Assembly (NCBI RefSeq): GCF_006345805.1
Contig: NC_043006.1
Coordinates: forward strand, 30,566,001 to 30,630,000
DNA: 64,000 nt
DNA from: Octopus sinensis
Lineage: Eukaryota
Direction: 5' to 3'
Position numbers and translations under genes: made by a program. Position 1 is the first letter of the stretch; each line of letters opens with the position of its first letter. Under the pieces are notes generated by a model. That model saw only the letters and a program-made list of their open reading frames with translations, searched no databases and was not told the DNA's origin. Of this stretch, positions 1 through 9,766 are shown in pieces.

Positions 1-1149
1 TTATTATATATATTTTTGATTTATTTCCTAGATTTTCTAATTAGGTATACAATCCTCATCGTTTAACATCTGCTTTCGATGCTGGCATGGGTGGGATGGT
101 TTGGCAGAAGCCTGCACCAGACTTCTATGACTGTTTTGGCAGGATTTTTACATCTGGATGTCCTTCCTAACACCAATCACCCAACAGTAGACTTAGTGCT
201 TTTTACATGACACAAGTACAGGTGAGGTCAGTTTTGGCAAGATTTTTACAGCTGGATGCCTTTCCAAGCGCCAACCACTTCACAGTGTGGACTGGATGCT
301 TTATATGTGGCACCAGCACTGACAGGGTTACCAAGTAACTTGCGAGACAAAAATCTTTTGAGAGGGGAGATGGGCATTGGAGGAGGTGATCTTGTGTCAG
401 TTGATGAAAGGTTATAATGAGGCAGAAACAGGCGTCTTGCTGTACAAGAGGTACAAGGTTACCCAGCTGGGGACGGGGACGGGTGAGAGATCAGGAATGA
501 AGATGGAAACAGGTGTGCTGCCACAAATGATACACTGTTACCCCACCTGAGAGAAGTGGAGGCGAGAGTGGGGGGCAGCAGGATAGAGATGGTGGCAAAG
601 TGCCAGGCATACTCACAAGGGATGGGGATCAGAATATAAATGGGGTGGCTGAGTAAAGGCAGAGAGTGATAGAGATGATGGCAAGTGCCAGGGAATATCC
701 TTGAGGTTTGAAGGTCCTAATATAAGTGACAGGATATTGCCCAAGGAGAAGTGTGATTAGAGAGTGCAGAGAGGAAGTGAGTGGTGAAAACCTGGGTATA
801 TAGTGGGTAGGGCTACCAGGTAGTAGTGATACAGATAAATATGGTCGTGGGGACAGGATTGGAGAGTGAGAAGTAGGCATAGTGTATGAAGGAGGAAATG
901 TGAGGAAGAGAAGAGCTGTATATTGGTTTGTTGGGATAGGATGTGTGAAAAGTTTTCTTGTTACATGTGGCTGGAACACACGTCAGGGCATACCAGGCAG
1001 CAATGATACAGTGTGAAGAGGACAGGATTAAGGAGTGGGAGGTAAGCATAGTGCATAAAGTGGAAATGTAAGGTAGAGATGTAGTTTGGTTTGATGTGGT
1101 AGGATGTGTGAGAAGTTTTCTCGTTAAGTGTGGGTGGGACACACAGCGC

Positions 1150-1990
1150 TTCTAGAACTCAGTTTCGCTGATGTGGGCAGGTCTTCTCAAGAACCTCATA
1201 TCGCCAGACATCTTGGTCCATTGTCATTTCCTTCATGAGGCCCAACATCCTGAGATCAGTCCTTACCACTTCATCCCACGTCTTCCTGGGTCTCCTTCTT
1301 CAGCAGGTACCGTCCACTTTCAGTGATGGGCACTTCTTTATGCAGCTGTCCTCATTCATACACATCACATGTCCAAACCAGCATAGTCTTGCATACTACA
1401 TTTGATTTCTCTTATGCCCATCTTTTCTCTTAATACATGTGCACTGATGTTGCACATTCGACGGAGCATACTACCTTAATTTCTCTCCAGTCTATGCATG
1501 TCTTCTGCATTCAGAGCCCATGTCTTACTACCATTGGGTATAGCCATTCGTACACAAGCATCATATAATCCTACCTTTCACTCTGAGAGAGAGTTCTTTC
1601 ATTTCCAACAAGGTTGTAGCTTCACTTCCACCCTATTCTTATTTAAGAAACAATATTTTCAGAGCATCCTCCACCATTGCTTTTTTGGTCACCTAGGTAA
1701 CAGAAACTATCTACAACTTCAAGAGAGCCTCTTGAGCATTTGAGAAAATCTAATTCCTGTGTGCTGTTAGTGCTTATTGTTCCTGCACATTTGCCACATA
1801 AAAAGACTACTTTATCTGTTAATCTACCTGTGATTCCACTGTACCTCCTATGTGTCCAATAGCTTACGCTGGGTGCAGCAAATGGAATTTCTTCCAACTC
1901 CTATTCTACATATTGAATACTTGACAGGAAGAGTTTTTTCTTACTAACAACAACTTTGGTCTTTGCTGGGTTAACTTTAAACAACTTGTG
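1150..1990 (-). mobile_element. RTE-clade LINE 3' fragment (degenerate)
   Basis: Minus frames give EVVDSFCYLG, WFGHVM and RRRPRKTWDEVVRTDL, typical RTE C-terminal motifs, with stops and frameshifts. Confidence 0.8.
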
Positions 1991-2091
1991 TGGCAAAGGA
2001 CTATTTATTACAGTCAGTTAGAAACTTATTCTTCAGGTTAACCCTAACCCTACTGTTGTCTCTGTAAAGACTTTACTGCTCCACAAAACAT

Positions 2092-2285
2092 CATCATCAT
2101 CATCGTTTAGCGTCTGTTTTCCATGCTAACATGGGTTGGACGGTTCAACTGGGGTTTGTGAAGCCAGAAGGCTTCATCAGGCCCAGTCGGATCTGGCAGT
2201 GTTTCTACGGCTGGATACCCTTCCTAACGCCAACCACTCCGTGAGTGTAGTGGGTGCTTTTTACGTGCCACCCGCACAGGTGCCA
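2092..2285 (-). mobile_element. SINE family C ((GAT)n-tailed), well-preserved partial copy
   Basis: On + reads (cat)n-gtttagcgtctgttttccatgctaacatgggttgg...gctggatacccttcctaacgccaaccac. Copies near 50-350, 2920-3060, 8500-8625, 16145-16330, 18530-18730, 23775-23900, 24412-24576, 36465-36625, 38430-38980, 41060-41425, 44775-44935, 53120-53480, 62480-62815. Confidence 0.8.
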
Positions 2286-2562
2286 GACAAATTAAAAAAA
2301 AAATTTTGTAATCCTCCATGGTATTTTGGTTGTCAGTATATATTTCAATTTGTGATGTATTAGAAACCAATTTATTTTAATGGAATGACACGACTAAATC
2401 AAAGAAGTAGGGTCACTGCGCGATCTGTTTCATTAATTGGCTTATTTGGGATTAAATGACATGCTTTATAGAATGTTAATCTGATGATAAGCTAAGTTTA
2501 TAATTTGATTTCAGTTTACATCTACTCCCTAGTTTCTGACACTGTGTTTTATATTATTCCAG

Positions 2563-2605
2563 AATAGATGTACATCGGCCTCCTGATAATTCTGCTTCAG
2601 AGACG
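2563..2605 (+). CDS. IGF2BP: Imp exon, 43 nt (IDVHRPPDNSASET, end of KH1)
   Basis: ttccAG acceptor, GTgag donor; IDVHR matches the IGF2BP KH1 motif (IDVHRKEN). Confidence 0.85.
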
Positions 2606-5600
2606 GTGAGTTTGGTTTTATTTTTAAACTTTTTCAGTACACCAACAGCTTAAAGAAAAATGGTTTTGTTCAATTCACAAAAACATTACAGAATATGTAT
2701 ATGATTAGATGAGTTAGTAATTTGCCATCAGTGATATCATTATCAGTTTGTATGAAGTCTTTTTGCAATGTAACTTGTTGAGGACTGAAACCTTATTTAA
2801 CAATGCAACAGCCATCAATAAATTACTTTAAATTCCAGTTATTCTTACATTTACAATTCTCATTTACAGCCATCACATAAGACAACAATGCACGTACACT
2901 TTTTATATATCCATATCATTTAACGTCTATATTCCTTGCTGGCATGGGTTGGATGGTTTGACTGGATCTGGCAAAGCCAGAGGACTCTATCAAGCTCTAC
3001 TGACTGCTTTGACATTGGTTCCTACAGCTGAATGCCCTTCCTAAATTCCAAGCACTTTACAGCAGCAGTGGGGTCACAAGACCCCTCAACTGAGTGGAGG
3101 GGGTGTAGTATTGAAGGGGTGGCTTTGTTCCACGTGATGGGAAGTTAACATATGAATAGTGGGAGGAAAATGGGTGTTGGGGAGGTAGATAGACGAAAGA
3201 GGTGGAGAGAAGTGATGGAGGAGGTTTCACCCAAGGTGTGTATGTAATGAAGTGGACTGGGGATTGTGAAAGAGTGGGGGGTGGACACAAGTGGAGGTGG
3301 TGTGAGGAAGGTGGTATGTGGTGGTGGTTGTAGGGAGGTTTGTCAGGTCATAATGGACATACTTTTATGGCTTGTCTACCAAATTCTAGTAGAAGACACT
3401 TGCCCAAGGTGCTGTGCAGTGAGACTGAACCCAAGACTACATTAAGAAGTTTAAGCACACTGCCAATCGTGCACCTGTATGTATGTGCATTTGTGTGTAT
3501 GTGTGTGTGATGATGATGTATATATTTAGAGAGAAAGATTGGTGCAGGTATATTAAATGAATTATATGAATTTCAATGTTGAAACCTGCAACAAAAACAG
3601 CAATTTTACACATTTTAATAGAATATTTTCTTATCCTTTTCCCCATTTTCTCTGCTTACTACATCAACATATCTTACATCTTTAATGTTGCAATCACCAT
3701 TTAAAGTTTGTATTCATTTTCTTTTTCCAAGTTGGTAACAATCAAAGGCAGCTCGAGCAGTTGCACCACAGCATGCAGGGAATTAATGAAAGTTATACTG
3801 CAAGAAGCAACTTCGTTAAATCGGTTTGTTTCATTTAAATAATTAAACTTTCGTTACTGGTTTTATGTAAATTCATCCATTAACATATTTGGTGTGGGTG
3901 ACATGCTTTTTCTTTTTTCAAAAATATAACCCTTGTGCTATATGTGAAGATACATATAGCCCGTTATGTGATTATATTTGTCTTAGAGAAATGCTTTTCT
4001 CGAGCTGTTGGCTACTTTAGACTACTAGTAATTCTATGTTCTAAAGAGAAAGAACCTGTAAATGGTTGCCAGCCTGCTGGAAATATCAACTAAATCTTTC
4101 AAATCTCCTGCTAACATGTAGGATGACTTTGGTCTTGATTCATTGTCTGGAAATAAGACTGGATGATCATGACTGGAATGCCTTTGATCACATAGGGCTG
4201 ATATGGGGCTAAAAGATGGGGTTTATTTTTCCTTCTATCTTTTAACCTATAAATTTTAACGAACATTATTAATTTCGTAACTACAGAGAAAGCATTTAAA
4301 TTCTTTATTTTAAATTGTTAAATGCAGGAAACCTCTTTTCTTGAATATTTCCTATAGAAATTGTTTCATTTTATATGGTAATGTTTTATTAAAACTTTTA
4401 TATTTTCTATAAATTTGAATCCTTAAATTTTTGTCTCCACTAAAACTAAAAGTACTTTCAATATGATATTGTGGTTATGATTTGTTTGTTCAATGTAGAG
4501 AAGAGGTGGGGTTAATATGTGAAATGCTGGAGAAAGGGTGTCATGGTATCAAAACAGTTTCTCTTAATTATAATATCATTTTGACAAAATCTTTCAGAAT
4601 GGATGAGCTAGTAAGTTGAGCTGTTAAATTTTTATGATATAGCAGTTTATTTAAAGTACTTGAGAATTTTGGAAAAATTCTCCCTTCTGCAGAAAAATTT
4701 TTTAAATCTCTGTTAAGTATTTCATATTGGGTCCCATTTATTCTTGCAGATAGTGCTTCAACACTGGAATGTAGCATCAATATTCAAGCTAGCAATTTCA
4801 CAATTTGTTCAAATTTCAGTTGGTCCATAGGGACATAAACTATGCATGACATTGTATGCTTTCATTCTCCTACGTGAATGAAATTCTCATACTTTTTGTA
4901 TTGTCTTTGAAGTTTGAAATACGCTACACATTTTACTACACACAATTGGCAGTATATTATAATGAACATTTTATATCTGAAAAGTACTGCATCTAACTTT
5001 ACCAGACCTGTGCATTATATGTGGTTGCCCTTCTTTACCACAGGTTGAACCATTCATTTTAATAATTGCTACTTTAAATCGTCTGAGAGGAATTAATTTT
5101 ATGTATAATTGGAAAATGTTTGCAAATTTTAGTTTAGCTGGTCTCCTTGCTTGGTACATTTCATTCCACCCTCACACTTTCTTACACTTTCATATTTCAT
5201 TGAAACAATTGCTTTGTATTTTTTCAGAACACACTCATTACGAATATTATGTCCAAATAGTCTTTGTGGTCGTATGATTGGTAAGCATGGTAGTGTCATT
5301 AAAAGTATCATGCAAGACTCAAATTCTCACATTACGGTATCCAGGTATTGTGCTCCTTTTCTCTTTAGCCTTTATTTCCTCTCTCTGCAACTTTATTTCC
5401 ACTTAATATTTTTTTACATTATAGTAAACGCCCCCCTCTTTCCAGACCATCAGATTATATGATTATCTACTTTGATATTAGTTTCATACTTTTAGTTTCT
5501 TACAGCTGTAAGTTTACACACACATTAAAAAAAAATTTTTTTTGCCTGTTACTCTTTCCTTGATTTACCTTGATGTTAATTTACAGTTATTAATATAAGT

Positions 5601-8600
5601 AGAACATTGAATGAAAGACTGGCTTAAAAAATTTTAATATTTATAAATATTTGAATTTTTAAAGTCCATAAAAATGGATTCTGAAAAGAAAGTGTTTCTT
5701 TTAAAGCAGTTTCTTTCTCTAATATAAAGATTAAGGAAATGTTTATTTGTTTGATTCTATTTTGCTAACATTGTTTATTTGTTTGATTCTATTTTGCTAA
5801 CATTGTTTATTACTTTCCTCCCATTTAGTATCAATGATGCAAATGTGAATAATCATTTCATTGACCGTGTAATTACAATAAGTGCTTCACCGGATGCTAT
5901 GTCCAAAGCTGAAAAGATGATATCAGAAAGGATGAGAAAATTTTATGCTCAAGATTCTCAACAAATGGCTGTGAGTTCTGTCTCTCTGTTTTCTGCCTAT
6001 TGTATTTAGGGTGTACTTATGGCATACTGTCGACCTTAGGGTATGAATTGTCTGGCTGAGGGTCCAACTCCTCGTCACAATTATGTGGTTAGTTGTACGT
6101 GTGTGTTACATTTGCACGAGTGAAAATGGTTGAGCTCCAAGCAATGGCATAGTTGTCGTTTTCCTGTTGGCTTATTTGGCACTTTTGACAAGTGGCATAG
6201 GAGTACCTTTACTTGAAAAACAGGTGAGGGTTAATGTCAGGAAGAGTGTCCAGCTATGAAACGATGCATAATAAAAAAAAATATATATTTATCTAATCCA
6301 TGTTAGCACAGAAGAATGGATGTAAAAACAAATACGGATAGAAATACTGTTTTATTTAGATAGGTTAAACATAAACTGGAGAATGTTATTCATTACATCT
6401 TCCAGTTTCAAAGAGGCTGCAAGTATATTTGAGGGGAGATAACTTGCATTATTAATTTCAATTTAGCAATGTAGTTATCCTCCCTAGAACTTTGTATAGC
6501 AATTAAGTCAAATCATCTGCTAATAAATAGTTCTTTAATCTACTGGAACACTATGATAGCTGAAACTATATTTTGAAATGAAATACTTTAATAAATGGCT
6601 TACTTGGTCAGTATACTGGGTAGTATTCAGATTTTGCTCAGTTTTGATATTTTGCTATCATATTCTGCCAACTTAATGTCTGTGGAACTTCTAGTTAATC
6701 CTTTGATTGATTACATTCATTCGCTGTGTATATATTAATATCACTATACAACTCTCTTCTACTATTGTGTGGTTTCTTAAACATTTTTTAAAAATAAAAA
6801 AAAAACTCTACTTCTGACAGTCCAAAGTTTCTAGTGTAAAAAATATTGCTTTAAATTGTTTCATAAGCTTCTTATTAAGGTTTTGAATTTTGTGTACAAA
6901 TATTCTCAAATGTATAAGAATGTTATTGACATCTCAATTTAGAAAATGCTAGTACATGGTGATAATTAGGCTTCTGTACTTCAAACATCACAGCGAGGAA
7001 CACTGTCGGTAACATTTTATAACATCATTGAATTCATAGTAAGCCACTTCTAAAGGAAGTAAATTAAAGTTTAGTCTTACTGTTCTCAAACTGCGTAAGA
7101 GCTGCGTGATTGTCAGGGCACATTCTTTATGCTTCATAACATGTTATAATTATTTTAACAGTAAAAATAATTACCTCATTAGTGATTCACAAGAGTTTGA
7201 CAATAATTAATTATTTTGAATTTTTACTTTTATATTTTAGTGTCTGCTTGAATTGATTGAAATGTGGATATAGTTTTTTTTTTTTAAAAGATTTTATTAA
7301 ATCAAACTTTTGTTTCTAGTATCAGCCCCCAATGACTCTTGGATTACCTGCATTTGCTATGATGCCTGGAATAAACAGTTTCCCCACTTTAAGGCCTCCA
7401 TATCCTCCTTATGTGGTAAGCTGCTTTTTTCATATTTTTTATTCTCGTTTCAGTCATTGGACTGCAGCCATGCTGGGGTTTATTATTATTCTTAATAGGT
7501 TACAACATGGTTTTTTTTTTTTCTATTGATTAAAAGCTTTATCAATTACATACAGTTGTATCATGTGGAATAGTTGTCCTAATCTAGACTGGGTTGCTAG
7601 ATTAAATGTAATTGATGGGATTGTAGAAATTTATCCATCGAGAGAAGTAGATTCCATAGCCTTATGGAATCTTTTTCAGACTAGTACTGGTGATATTTGG
7701 ATAAGTTATAAAGAGAGAGAGCGAGTGATTGATTGAGATTTGGATAGTTGGATGGCTGAAATGATAAAAGCTAGATACTGTATGTGACATTGTTTAGTTT
7801 CACCTTTCTACAACCTGAGCTCAAGTTCCAAGCAGGTTAGCTTACCTTTTCATCTTCCCATGGTCAATGAATACTAGACATATACTCTGGTTGATTCCAT
7901 GTACTAATGGAGGATTATTTTTCTTTTCATTTCAGCAAGGAAATAATTGGTATCCTGGTTTCTGTGGTCTTCTTCCTAATCCACAACCTCCACAGCAACA
8001 TCAAGAAGAAGTGACCTACCTCTATATACCTAAAAAGGCTGTTGGTTCTATTATTGGAAGTAAAGGCATCAACATTCAGACAATCAAAAGAGATTCAAGT
8101 GCTCGAATCAAAGTGAGTTGATAGTTTTTTTGGTGGGGTTTTTTACCCCCTTTTAATTTTTAATAAATTTCTTTGATTTGAGTTTAATAAAAACTCTTGT
8201 CATTTTGTTTAGATATTACCAAATAATAAAGGTGAAGGTGATGAAAAAAAAGGTTCCTCTTCAAATATGGATGAAAGGAAAGCTATAATTGTTGGTGATT
8301 TAGATGCTCAATGGAAAGTAAGTCAAATCTGAATTAGTTTGATATTTTCTGATTTAATATTGCAATGAATTAGAGCCCATACATTTTGGCATTGTTGCTG
8401 CCCACTTTTATATGACTTAGGTTTTCAGTTTGAACTAAACAATTTCATTAACTGTTCACAACTCAAGAAGAATTTAACGCTAATTTCATTGAGATTTCTA
8501 TATCATCACCATCATAATGTAATGTGTGTTCCATACTGGCGTGGGCTGGACAATTTGACTGGAACTGGCAAGTTAGAGGCCTCTGTCAAGCTCTATTGTC

Positions 8601-9766
8601 TGTTTTGGCATGGATTCTATGGCTTTATATATATATAATAGGAATATAACAAATTCAGCAAAATGTTGAATTTTAGACTAAATATTTGTGGTAATTAAGC
8701 GAATTAGTCAGATATTTAAAATGATTTAGAATGTCTAGTAAGTTGGCTCCAGAGAATTGTACTCTTAATTTCCAACTTGAGAAGAATTTAACTTAAGTTG
8801 TGAATATTATGTCTGATTATAAAACATTACTACCAGACGTTGTCTACCAGGTGAACATTTTAAACTGCTCTCTACTCACGTGTCATTAATTTGATGTAAA
8901 GTAGATTAATTATAGAGGAGTAACTATGTTAATCCATGAAAGTGTGCAATGGTGCTCAAATATATCAATGCCAACTGGGTTCTTGGTAAGTGTTGTAACA
9001 ATTGCAATAGAATAGGGATAATGTATTTCATGTTTGCAAGAATAGTTGAATTAAATGCTGTTAAACCTGGCTGATTGGTTAAGGGATTTGAGTTTGTTGT
9101 AGGAGCTGCTAGGGGCTGATGGTGAAGTAGGGTTTTTTTACCTTCAATTTATAGATAGGAACAATGATTTAGATTGTTGACATTCATTAGTTTGTTTTAG
9201 GTGGATTATGAAAGTTTAGAAATTCAGCAACAGAAATTGTTAAAGATTAATTTTGTTTTGTAGGCTCAGTTTTATCTTTTTGAGAAAGTTAAAGACGATG
9301 GAGCTTTTGGTAAAGAAGAAGTGAAGTTGCGTTCTGAAATAATGGTTCCTCGCAGCATTATTGGCAGAATTATTGGCCGTGGTGGACAGAATGTAAGCAG
9401 ATTGTTTGTATTTGTGTTGTGTGTGTTTTAATACAGTATAGACAGGTGTAATGGTTGGTTTTTCCTTATTGTAAATATTTTATCTTTCAGCTTCAAGAAT
9501 TGAGAAGAGTTAGTCGTGCCATTGTGAAATTGCCTGATGACTTCACTGAAGATGATGTCCCTGTTACAATCATTGGAAATTTTTATTCTCTTCAGTCTGC
9601 CCAGCGACGAATCAGAGATCTCATGGTATCGGCTCTTCACAATGCAGGCCCTCCACAAATACAACACCAACAACAGCAACCACCATTGATGCCACTTCCC
9701 CAACCTCCCGTTTCCTATCATCAAAACAGGACAGTTAAAACCAGTAGGGAACAAGAAGTCAACTAA
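2563..9766 (+). CDS. IGF2BP: IGF2BP/Imp KH-domain mRNA-binding protein, 5'-partial; join(2563-2605,3732-3823,5228-5344,5829-5970,7320-7415,7936-8112,8213-8317,9264-9392,9491-9766)
   Basis: Nine exons with AG/GT boundaries splice to 1177 nt (1+392 codons incl. TAA) with no internal stop. Translation has the end of KH1 plus KH2-KH4 with GxxG loops (GKHG, GSKG, GRGG). Stretches such as QWKAQFYLFEK, GRIIGRGGQN and FYSLQSAQRRIR closely resemble Drosophila Imp/vertebrate IGF2BP as I recall them. Upstream exons were not found and probably lie left of the window. Confidence 0.93.
3732..3823 (+). CDS. IGF2BP: Imp exon (LVTIKGSSSSCTTACRELMKVILQEATSLN)
   Basis: tttccaAG acceptor, GTttgt donor; phase fits both neighbours; KH1 terminal helix. 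Not in the ORF track. Confidence 0.85.
5228..5344 (+). CDS. IGF2BP: Imp exon (KH2: THSLRILCPNSLCGRMIGKHGSVIKSIMQDSNSHITVS)
   Basis: ttttcAG / GTattg; KH GxxG loop. Confidence 0.95.
5740..5811. repeat. Exact 32-bp tandem duplication upstream of an Imp 3' splice site
   Basis: tgtttatttgtttgattctattttgctaacat x2 plus a partial third copy. Confidence 0.9.
5829..5970 (+). CDS. IGF2BP: Imp exon (end of KH2: INDANVNNHFIDRVITISASPDAMSKAEKMISERMRKFYAQDSQQMA)
   Basis: tttAG / GTgagt; phase consistent. Confidence 0.93.
7320..7415 (+). CDS. IGF2BP: Imp exon (KH2-KH3 linker: YQPPMTLGLPAFAMMPGINSFPTLRPPYPPYV)
   Basis: tttctAG / GTaag; 96 nt, phase 0-0; Pro-rich linker as in the family. Confidence 0.8.
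7936..8112 (+). CDS. IGF2BP: Imp exon (start of KH3: ...EEVTYLYIPKKAVGSIIGSKGINIQTIKRDSSARIK)
   Basis: tttcAG / GTgagt; KH GxxG loop. Confidence 0.95.
8213..8317 (+). CDS. IGF2BP: Imp exon (KH3 variable loop: ILPNNKGEGDEKKGSSSNMDERKAIIVGDLDAQWK)
   Basis: tttAG / GTaagt; 105 nt in frame. Confidence 0.93.
9264..9392 (+). CDS. IGF2BP: Imp exon (AQFYLFEKVKDDGAFGKEEVKLRSEIMVPRSIIGRIIGRGGQN)
   Basis: ttgtAG / GTaag; end of KH3 and KH4 GxxG. Confidence 0.95.
9491..9766 (+). CDS. IGF2BP: Imp last coding exon (end of KH4 + Q/P-rich tail, TAA)
   Basis: tttcAG acceptor; matches ORF 9455..9766 from LQELRR onward. Confidence 0.93.
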   Translation, partial: LQELRRVSRAIVKLPDDFTEDDVPVTIIGNFYSLQSAQRRIRDLMVSALHNAGPPQIQHQQQQPPLMPLPQPPVSYHQNRTVKTSREQEVN

